Assembly (NCBI GenBank): GCA_000934665.2
Contig: KZ538571.1
Location: 1 to 61,530, forward strand
DNA: 61,530 bases
Direction: 5' to 3'
Source of the DNA: Catajapyx aquilonaris
Taxonomy: Eukaryota
How positions within the stretch are numbered: the first letter of the stretch is position 1; every line of letters begins with the position of its first letter. The notes below the pieces were generated by a model. It had not been told where the DNA came from and did no database searches. It was given only the letters and a program-made list of their open reading frames with translations. The position numbers and the translations under genes were made by a program. This document shows positions 12,341 to 22,699 of this stretch, piece by piece.

Positions 12341-13740
12341 AGGGTTGCCAGGAGGAGCAGCACTTGCACTCACCCGCGGCCAGGTGGCGTTGCTGATGAG
12401 CCTGTCTGGTGGGGGGGGGTTGCCAGATCAAGCATTAGTCCATGTCCTTAAGGGCTACAGGACAACCGCTGTTACAACTAGCGGTTATTGTCCACATTTT
12501 TTTGGTCCAAATGTAAACTCTGTGTGCAGGCTGTTCACTGCGGCGAGAGGTCACTGCTATGCATCAAACTCATCCCCGGGAGAAAACCTGCCCAATGGCC
12601 CGATTAGTAGTACAAAAGTTGTTTTTTTTTTTTCCAGGGTCATATCGACGCGAATTCTGTTGGCACCATTGGGCATACGTCCTGACGGGGTGGGCACGGG
12701 GTGGGTGCCAATCGGGCAATGGCGACCATTTCCAGCTTCGACATGGTGTGCAGCACTGTGCAGGGATATACAACTGATGGCGTGGCAAGGACGGCAAGCC
12801 GTCGTACCGGTATGTCATAATAGGACTAACATACATACAGTTTCATCAGGTTCATTAAGTAGACTTATCCATGAGAAGTAACGTGCCAATGGGGGACAGT
12901 CAAATTGGGGTGAATTTAATTGCAGAAGAATAATGTCCCCGTTAAATGCATTTTATGATGCAGGATGGGGTTTGTGGTGTACTGCTGGGAGACAAACATC
13001 GTTGACACCATCAAGGACGTAGGCCACTGCTGCAGACTGCAGTCACGTTGGTCGCAATAAGGCACCCCGGACAAGGATGAGGCTCAATGAGTTGCGGCAT
13101 ATACATCCAGTGAAAAGTCCTTAAAAAATTTGGGCTGGGTAACCGACTTTAATTTTGAAAAATATCCGTCATTTTGGAGATTGCAAAAAATTGCGATTAC
13201 ATGAGAACTGTAGGGCGTAAAATGATTCTGCTTGAGCTATTTTGGTTTAAATGCTTTCTCAAACTTGAACTATATAATGACAGCCTAAATTATTCAAATA
13301 TTTTAATTTTATTTGCGTATATAAATGTGACCAAAATACATTATACAAGGAGTGTCAAGTATTTCGATTTTCTTGAAAAGTCATCATTCATCACACCTAC
13401 TCTGAACAATTTGCAAGTCAGCTTATGGAAGAAATAATAAGTTTCAATTCGTATGTTGGCATGATTTAGGATTAATACCGGCACAAATTATAATTAGAAT
13501 TTTGTCATCTACTGCCTTTCCTTGTACTGACTGATTTATGCTTGACAGGTTCGCTATCATGACTCCGATGAAGCCTACCACTTTACTTTGAGATGACTTC
13601 CTGCCTAGCTGGGATGCAGCCTGCAGAGTGTGCTGTACAAAACAATTCAGGTGAGTGCAATGCATCTATCTATACATGCCTAATTATTTGGAGTTAGCTC
13701 AAGAAGTGTCACATCTTTCTGACCAAGCTTGCCATATCAT

Positions 13741-13862
13741 GCATGATATGTGAACTTGGAGCATACCAAGCTGTTTGTCATGTCTTTTACATGGTTGCTA
13801 ATAGGTGTTCAGGTCAAAAATGACACAAATGTGTGTTGTCATGTTTTTCCACCACACCCCTC
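13741..13862 (+). mobile_element. Partial (right-half) copy of the GAG...CTC MITE at 15696-15940
   Basis: GCATGATATGTGAACTTGGAGCATACCAAGCTG...TTTTTCCACCACACCCCTC matches ~15813-15940 and is followed by AATT. Confidence 0.7.
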
Positions 13863-15695
13863 AATTCTGCATTATTATTTGACTGCCCGTTATTATTGGC
13901 TCACATTGCCGTCAAATTGAGGTGTTTTCCATTCACTTAAATTCGTAGGAATAATGTTGTAAAATTTGCGGATTAATTTCACTGCGAAAAGGATGGGGTA
14001 CACCCCCGTTCGCTTCAAGTGTTAACTGCCATTGGATGTCCTGCCCAGTGACCTTATTCCAAATCTTTTAACTCTTCTGCAGCAACTGTCCTCACTGTGG
14101 TGGTCTTCTGCCTAGAGCCGACAGCTGAACTGCGTATTTCGTACATCAGATGCTCCAACCTTGACTGACCTTCACCTAGTCTGGAGAGCAATATTATACA
14201 TGGTGAGCGTTCCAGCTGTAACCTCCTTTTGCATTGCAGGAGCCCTGTAGTTATATTCCAAGTGCCAGACATTATCTTTGCATTATGTTATTTTGGACTG
14301 GAGCCAGAAAGTAAATGTCATTAAGAAGAAAATGTCATTATTGAAAGATTGCATAAGCTTGGTTAGTTCCTCAAAATTGAAATGTTGATTTTGCATGACA
14401 TTGGATTAATTACTAGGCTGCAATAAGTCGAGTCAAAATTTTCCTGAATCTTTTACATTCAGTTATCTCCATGGAATATCCTTGAATTTTTTGAAGTAAA
14501 TCCAAATTCACCTGATTAATAGTTGGCAATGTCAGTACAATGTTATTAGCTGCCATGATCAGTTAAGAGCATTTTCATGGTTACAAGTTAAATGTACTAC
14601 TGTATTCTAACTTTCTAAGGCTGATTGGGGAGATTTCAAGATTGCATGTGATGCTAAGTCATGATGAGCAACTATCACATGTAGTGCCCATTTTGGCTTC
14701 AGAATATGTCAGTTTGCACGATTTCTTTTCCAACCAAAAACATTTCTGTAATACTCTGCCAGCATATGTAATTTGTAGCATGTAATTTAGCATTCCATGC
14801 TCCCAGTTAATACATTATTTTCAAGCCACACTACAGCAGTAATTTGTATTATTATTCACAGATGTGAATAGTGGCACCTTAATGTGCAGTGTTGAAGGCA
14901 ATAAAAGTAACTATTTAAATGAAAATATATGGCTGACACACATTCAAAGACATATTCAAAAACTGAGTTTCAATTTTTCACAGAAATATTTGTCCAATTA
15001 ATGTTGCAGATCTATTGCACTAATAAGCTGCTTATTATTAGGCAGTTACTCTTTCAAAGTTACTCATAATGGTTCAAAAGCACTAGCTGCTAATATTAGG
15101 CCGAATGGAATCACATGTCCAAGCTCTTCAAAGCAATGAATTTTCCATTGCAAAATGACTAAATGCAAACATTGGCATCGACCTTGAATGATTGAATTCA
15201 TTTTTGCAGCCTTTATTAAGAATGGGTACATGCAACCTAGTATTAGTAGCTTATTCTCTTTGATAACCACTCAATGTAACTGTGCACATGTCATATGCAT
15301 GGCAATAAAAGCATACAAGTACCACAAAGAGGCAATGATCACCCTCAACGAGAGTTGAAGTATTACTCTCATGTGACCTTGGCTCATTCATTACACTTTG
15401 CAGATGATGCATCTGATTGATTGGTCTCTGGACATCACCTGCCTGATTCCGCCAAACCAACAATGACTTTGGCCTCATCCAAATGAACTTCAGGAATCAA
15501 GCCATGTGCTATCCTGGCAGACCAGAAATGGACATGGTAAGCATTACTCTTGCACATTGTAGAGATATTGGTCAGTACAATCATGGAAAAATGCTTCTCG
15601 ATGCTAATTTTTCCTGTTGAGATTATGGTTGGGAAGTAAATTACATTCTAGCTATTGCGACAGTCTGTGCCAAGCAGATGTTACTTTCCAGAAAT

Positions 15696-15940
15696 GAGGG
15701 GTGCGGTGGAAAAATGTGACAACCCACGAAAGTGTAATTTTTCTAGAGAGCGAATTGAAGTTTGCCCTCAAATCATGTGGAATGAGGGTTTAGGTCTAGT
15801 CCTTGTTGCCGTGCATGATACGTGAACTTGGAGCATACCAAACTATGTGTCATGTCTTTTACATAGTTGGTAGACCTGTGTTTATAGGTTAACAATGATG
15901 ACAAAAATGGGGGTTATCACCTTTTTCCACAACACCCCTC
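15696..15940. mobile_element. MITE with GAG...CTC termini and 4-bp AAAT TSD (Sola-like)
   Basis: Left TIR GAGGGGTGCGGTGGAAAAA, right TIR TTTTTCCACAACACCCCTC; AAAT on both flanks (15692-15695, 15941-15944). Confidence 0.65.
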
Positions 15941-16522
15941 AAATCATTATGCAACCTGATGCAACAAAAATTGTTAAGTTTATTTTCCAAGTTTGTTCTT
16001 TGAGTCATGAGACTTTAATTGTTAGTTACGCTTCTGATGAAGTTGCTAGTCGTACTTGTCTAGTGTGATGTCAGTACGATTCTAAGGCTGAATACAGGCA
16101 GGAGATTTTTTGAAAAAATTGATGCCACTAAGAGATGAGCAACTATCAGTTTATTGGGCTCATATGTAATGGCATTCTGGCATCAAAATATGACTGCTTG
16201 TAAGATTGCTTGCAAACGATCACATTTCTATACTGCAATAGGCCACTACATAAGTGCTCATGTAACTGAGCTTGAATGATCCCAGTTAATAATGTATGCC
16301 AAGTCATACTACAGCAGAAATTTGAATTATTATTATTCACAGATGTGAATAGAGGCAACTTAATGTGCAGTGTTGAAGGCAATAAAGGTAACTAATTAAG
16401 TGAAGATATTTGGCTGACACACGTTCAATATGTCTTTTCAGTTCTTGAGCACCATTGGACCTAATTGGCAAATTATTAATCCAATACGTAAGTCGTAACT
16501 GGATCCATTGGTTTTCATTCGC

Positions 16523-16602
16523 CATTAACTTCCTATTTGTCTTACGTCCATTGTTTTCAGTTTATTAACTTCCTATTTGTCTTACGTCCATTGTTTTCAG
16601 TT
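16523..16602 (+). repeat. Tandem duplication of a ~40-bp unit
   Basis: ATTAACTTCCTATTTGTCTTACGTCCATTGTTTTCAGTT occurs twice in tandem. Confidence 0.9.
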
Positions 16603-19136
16603 CGCCAGAGTGAATTAATTTGCCAATTAAGTCAAATGAAAGGTTCTTTGACACATACGCATATCTGCTGAACTGATTGGGTTGTAATTGTGTGTTTGGC
16701 AATAGCTGTGACCTTGATTGTATCAAGTGATGATAACTTAATTAATTGCAGGATTTGAAGTACAGTAGTTCAAGACTGCCCACAATGATTATTATTGGTG
16801 ACAAAGATCTTGATCTTGCAGACGTTCATCCAGTCTCATATATGTGAAGGTTCTGGGTTATTTGCAGGCATCAAACATATCTTGGTGGAATTTGCTGCTA
16901 ATGGCATTAAAAAGTTCTAAAAGACAAAGCACGTATTGATTGTGTGGCAATGCAACCTATAATTAGTAGCCTAGCTAATTCTTTTGATAACAACTATTGC
17001 ATATATAACTGTGCAAAAGTCACTGCATGGCTATAAGCACATATGTAATTGCCACAAAGAGGCAATGAGCACTCTCAATGACCTGTCCTATACTCATTAC
17101 ACCTTGCAGAATGATGATGCATCTGATTGGTTCATGACCTGCCTGATTCTGCGAAACCAACAACCACTTTGGCCGCATCTTAATCAACTTGTGGAATCAA
17201 GCGATGGGAGGTGCTGTCATCATGCGAGGCTTCAACCCTTCATTTGCCACCTACTATCCTGGCACACCAGACATGGACATGGTAAGCATTATTACAATTA
17301 TTATTGTACACCTCACGTGTTGAAGTGCTGAGGCTGTGGAAGCCAGTGAATATTGGAAGCTAGTGCTTGGTCATTGAGAACAGTAGCTTTTAGAAGGAAA
17401 TAATGTTAATTGGCCATTCATTTTGAAGCCTGCAGCTAACCATTATTATGAGGAGTTTAAAGAAATATTGTGTATTGCATTAACACCATACAACATCAGG
17501 TGCTTGTTGTGGCCATTTTTGGTAGGTGTGCGCGCGGTAGGTGGTCATAATTATACTCTGTATTTGTCCGAAATGCATATTTTCATCCTGTGATGTCACA
17601 TTTATCTTGAGTCGTCGTCTCGTCTCGTCTCTTGAGCACCTGTGGGAGCGAGTGGGAGTCATTTGACATGGGCCTGTAGCCACCCCTTTGTTGACGTCAT
17701 GTATCTACAAGTGAAATCAGCTGCATTGCACAGTCTGTACTAACACATGATCCGAATTTTGGCCTGTAATAGGCTATTAATCAAGTTTCTGCTACCACTG
17801 CAATGTTTGAAATGGAATAATTCAGTCTTAAATTCTACATAACATGACGAAATCATTCCAATATGACTGATTGTTATGCAAGGTCATCATAATTAGGATT
17901 TGCAGTTGTTTATAATTTTTTCTCGTTTTCTTCACAGGACGTAAGTTTTGGGACAGCTCATTTCAGCATGGAGAATCGGCCTTGGGGATTGCAGATGTGA
18001 GTGATGCAACATCCACTACTTCCCGGAGGATGCTTTGGACCAGTCTTTGGAGGCACAATGTGGAAATCCCACTTGGTTCGACGGACAGCTGATTTTCACC
18101 CCAATCCTCGTCCAACTCATCTTGGTTGTTCTTCGACTGAGCATTTGCAACTCAACACCCATGGTGAGCATTATATACTTGTACCATTGCGCTGCTGCTA
18201 TCCCAAGTTGTTTGGCAGTAATTTTTAGGACTACAATGGGGTTTCTCATCATTGAGGCTTACACTTGATGGGAGGATGCTGAGGAAATTTGTTGTAGCAT
18301 GCCTCACATCCATGGTTTAATGTTAGATTAATAAAATATGGGAAGGCATTAATTCTTGTGAGCACAAAACCCACTCTTGCATCAGATTTCCAGATGGTAA
18401 AATGGTTGAATTGCATTTTGAGACATGAAAAAGGCAGAGAACTGTTGCAAAGTGGAGGAAGTTTATTATTTGAAACTGACCAGATTAATGAGATAACAAA
18501 ATGGTAATTTTCATTAATAAGTGTCCTAGGAGGCTGCAATTAAATATCTGCAGATTTTAAAACTTGATGTAGCTGCAATGTTATAACAGTTGAAGTTATT
18601 TACCAATACTTCTCGACTCAACATATTTATACGATTCCTCTTTTTATGATAAGGAAGGTGATGTCATTGGCATTAAATTGTTGTATAGGCCTATACACCA
18701 CAGCTGGCACCCAATGATTAACTTGAAGTATGTTGTTTAAATAAATTTGCAGTATCAAGTCTCTCATGAATATTGTTCTTTATCATCTGCAAGTCATTTG
18801 AGTTCAGCTGGCTAGTTGAAATTATTCTAAGTCTTTCAAGGTCATATTCAGATGAAAAGTTCAAAGCTTTAAAATTTCCCACTTGCATCATGTCCATTTT
18901 AATTACCTGCCCCATCCAAGTTTCTCTAGTTTTCTTTTCTTTCTACAGTAGATTGTCAATCATCCTGGAAAGTATGCAAGGATCAAGTAGCCTTTGAAGC
19001 AGTTACTTTGAAGATCCTGGAAAAGAGCAGCAGTCAGAAGTTAGTGTGGACATATCTTTATTGCAATTTTTGTACAGTGTATATTGGCTGTAATAAACAG
19101 TGTCCTTGCCCCTCCACCTACTGATGGCCATAGGGA

Positions 19137-19347
19137 GAGGCTTCGATGGATGGGGGCTCATGGGCAATGTAAGCCACGGAGTCTTGAGTCATCCAAGCAG
19201 TGTGCTTGGATGACTCAAGGCTCCGTGAATGTAAGCTACGTTGCCTCCCCTTCCCCTATCCTCCCAGGGCTTGCCCTGGGGGGATAGGGGAAGGAGGGCA
19301 ACGTAACTTACATTGTCCACACATGCACCACCATCCATCAAAGCCTC
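19137..19347. mobile_element. Foldback (palindromic) element with a nested 53-bp hairpin insertion at 19175-19227
   Basis: Arms GAGGCTTCGATGGATGG...CCCAGGGC / GCCCTGGG...CCATCCATCAAAGCCTC are centred at 19271-19272. The insert CACGGAG...CTCCGTG is flanked by direct repeats AATGTAAGC (19166-19174, 19228-19236). Confidence 0.75.
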
Positions 19348-20522
19348 ACCTTCAATGGGGCACATGTGGACAACGTAACCTACGTCATCCACATGCACCC
19401 CCATCAGAGGGAGGAGCAGCAAGGGACAGTGAACAAATGAGAGAGACTCACGGGACTCTGAAAATGTTTACAGGGAAAAAGGGAGGAGTCAACAAGACAG
19501 GCTCCGCGCCAGCGGACTTTGCGAATGCAGGGGCGGCCGGGGCCGCCCGAAAATACGCCCGGACGACCCCGGCCTTTTTTCGACTAAAACTACGATTTTT
19601 CAGCCTGCAAGTTTCCCCCTCTTCGACGTCATGCACATGACGTCGAAGAGGGGGGGGAGCCTAAATGCAGGCGGTAAATCTTGCTCTCTTCACCATCATG
19701 TGCCAAGAAAGTATTAGCACATGATGCCAAAAAGGGGGAAGATTTGTAGGGGGGTAAAAGGAGGCTGCTGATGACTCCAGCACCATCTGGGCTGCAAATT
19801 ATACTGGAAAAGGAAGAAAACAAATGGGCGAAAATAGACGGCAAGGAAAATGAGATGATCATTTCAGTCAGGACTGGCTTCCAGGATGGCACCATCTCAG
19901 CAACAGGCAGCAAATTACTGAAAGAAGAACAAAAACTATTAATTTTTAAATCGAAAGCTTAACATAAATAGAAAAGGGTCAATGCAATTACATGGAAATT
20001 GAACTGATTGCTTCCTGTGCACAGAAATTAAGCAAATTTTAGCACCCGGACGTTGATATTTCCCAGCCACATACCCCCCAAAAAAAGTTTAATTGACATG
20101 AACTCGTCCGTTTTCATCGAGAGGAATGCCCGAGCTGATAACGGTCAAGTTGAAGACATCTGTATAATGAAAATGCTGCAAGGCAATGAGCAATAATTCA
20201 GCCTGCAGACTTGGAGCACAGTACAAAAGGTTTCCCCTCATTTCCCAATAGAAAGCAGATACATTCAGAATAGTCATTTTATTGCAATCAGGTAATTCTC
20301 TCACCAGCCAACATTCAAATCCACGCAACTGCATTGAGACCTTGATCTTAATGATACTGACCTACAGCAACATCTCGTTATGGGCATCATCCTTTGGTAA
20401 CGGTCCTGGAAATCACTGCTGCTCTTCCGCTGGGCAAAAGAAATCTGAAAGCAACAGAGATGCAAGAATGTAAATCAAATCAGGTGAAACAGTTAACATG
20501 CGTAATCCATTGTTATGCAAGT

Positions 20523-20898
20523 CTCAAGTGCCAAAAGTCATGCGATAGAAACATGAAACTTTTGAAGTCACACACCACGCTGGTGTGTATGCCCATGTTT
20601 TGTCGTGAGGCAAGGTGCTGAACACAGCTCATGGCACTGCTTTATGACGACGGGAAATTCCAGCAGGCTATAATGCAGTTTCATTAGCAGGTCAAGGAGC
20701 ATTGTGGCCAGACTGAATCCTAACCAGCATTTATGGGACGTGGTGAAGAGGTCCCAAAATCCTCCACCTTCAAGAATCCAGGAAGCTGCAGTGGCTATCC
20801 AAGATGGCATGGCTCAACTTATGGAATCAATGCCACGTAAGAGTTGCTGCACTTCACAGGACTAGAGGATACCTATCCCATGACTTTTGGCACTTGAG
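20523..20898 (+). mobile_element. Internally deleted, decayed Tc1-like transposon
   Basis: TIRs CTCAAGTGCCAAAAGTCATGCGATAG / CTATCCCATGACTTTTGGCACTTGAG. Internal frameshifted remnants resemble Tc1 transposase motifs FQQDNA (~20658), PDLNPIEHLWDVVKR (~20708-20750) and LMESMPRRVAAL (~20818-20860). Confidence 0.8.
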
Positions 20899-21428
20899 GG
20901 TAATATAGGCTACAGCATGCACCAACAGATGCACTAAATTAGTCTACTGCTGACACTGGCCCAGAAAAATAATTTGCTAATGTTGGGAGCTATCAAAAAC
21001 CGCGGTGGTCAGTGATGCAGGAGTATAGTCAATTGATCAACATATGACAGAACAAATGAGAAAAGTTGCCAACGACCAATATGCATCCACACTATACATA
21101 ACCCTATACTGGGAGACAATTGATATCACAAACTGCTATGGGCAATCAACAGGAAATTATCATGACTGGCACAACCGGGAATGTGAGTCACCTTAATTCC
21201 ATTCAATTCTCTGAAGCGAGTGACTATGAGCTTCACTGTTGTACTGTAGATTTGGACAGGGCATTGTAAATAACATGACTAATCCTCTTCCACATTTAAC
21301 AGCAAAGCCTATTATCCAGCATTACATTTTAGTAATGACCCTTGGCATATATCAGGCATGAAATTACACCTTTCTTGTAGGCCACATCCCACTACACTTG
21401 CCCAATGGCAGTCAAGTTTCCTGCTGTA

Positions 21429-22699
21429 CCACCCCTGGAAAATGGCCTGTCAGTGTTGATTTGTAAATAATTTTTTTAAAAAGTTGCCCTGAAAACATTA
21501 AATCGTATGGATGGAAACCATGAGTTTGAGTAGAATTTTACCTTGGTATAGCCTTCTCACAAAATATGGTGTTACAGTTACTTGTGTATTCACTGCGAAG
21601 CATAAGACACTTGATTGAACCTGCGAGCAATGACAAGGTGACTGACATTATGGTTATGTTTTATTCCAATAAGGCTAAATTTTGCGATGAAAATGCACGT
21701 ACTGTGCATTAGTCTTTTTGTCAAGTCTTACCTTCAATGGCATCTTTCTCATAACTAATCTGCTTATTATTTAGCATTATCTTGGAGTGGCTATTCTACC
21801 TCTTCCCAATATATAATCAGGGCACCAGCACTGTACTTGCCCAATGCCAGTCAAGTTCACCTATCCAAAAATCACCTGCATGTCTAAGTCGCAAATATGA
21901 ATTAGTAGAAAATTAATCATGTTTTAATAACACACTTGTAGGCCCTAACATCTCTTCCATATGCCTCATTAGAATATAAATCACATTATAATAAATGTTA
22001 CAATATATTACATCACTTATAATCTAATATTATCTATAATCTATCTATACTTAATTCTAATAAAAGCTATAATCATACAACTACTTGTATTATAATGTTA
22101 TCTAGTCTCCTAGCTATGTATACTTCAATTCTAATGACAAATGTTATAACCATACAACTTATATTCTAATGAGGCATATGGAAGAGATGTTGGGGCCACA
22201 TGATCCATTTTCTACTAATTCATATTTGTAAGATGCACATGCAAGTGATTCTCATGCTAGGTGAACTTCACTTGCTGTGGGAAAGTACAGTGGTGCCCTG
22301 ATTACATTGGGAAGCGATTTGAATAGCCACTAAAAAGACACTGCTAAATAAGCAGATTATAGTGTGGGTACGAGAAAAATGCCATTGAAGGGAAGCCTTA
22401 ACTGAAAGACAACTGCACAGTACGTGCATATTCATCGCGAAATTGAGCCTTGGAGTAAAACATATATAACCATAAATGTCAATGCTCGTTAACTTGCCAA
22501 GTAACAATTTCCTCATGTTCAATCAAGTATGCTTTGCAATGAACACACAAGGAACAAGCACCACCACATTTTGTGAGAAGGCTATACCACTTAATAGGTA
22601 AAATGGTACTCAGCTCATTGTTTCCATTTGCCAGGTTTACGTTTCCAGTGGACTTTTTTTTTTTACAAATTAGCACTGCCAGGACATTTTCAGGGGTGG
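21429..22699. mobile_element. Old ~1.27-kb foldback element with ~550-bp diverged inverted arms, an AT-rich core and TA flanks
   Basis: TA|CCACCCCTGGAAAATG ... CATTTTCAGGGGTGG|TA. Internal reverse-complement matches include GGTATAGCCTTCTCACAAAAT / ATTTTGTGAGAAGGCTATACC, ATGCACGTACTGTGCA / TGCACAGTACGTGCAT and CATCTCTTCCATATGCCTCATTAGAATATAA / TTATATTCTAATGAGGCATATGGAAGAGATG. Confidence 0.85.

Larger units (their letters stand above)
14600..17292 (+). repeat. Diverged direct duplication (~14600-15545 and ~16080-17292)
   Basis: Collinear shared blocks: CTAAGGCTGA, GATGAGCAACTATCA, TTATTCACAGATGTGAATAG...GAAGGCAATAAA, TGCAACCTA, CACAAAGAGGCAATGA, GATGCATCTGATTG, ATGGACATGGTAAGCATTA. Confidence 0.8.

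Noticed and set aside
14655..14760. Possible C/D snoRNA (ATGATGA box C at ~14661)
   Set aside because: No box D (CTGA) at a suitable distance and no terminal stem; the duplicate copy lacks the box.
16523..16602. CRISPR-like direct repeat
   Set aside because: Only two adjacent units with no spacer, in a eukaryotic context.
17590..17645. GTCTCGTCTCGTCTC hAT-MITE-like end (similar motifs near 41870-42050 and 6400-6480)
   Set aside because: No matching second terminus or TSD could be identified; too weak to call.
19110..19420. Parvovirus/densovirus-like terminal hairpin
   Set aside because: The branched shape is explained by a TSD-flanked insertion into a foldback, and no NS1 or capsid ORF is nearby.
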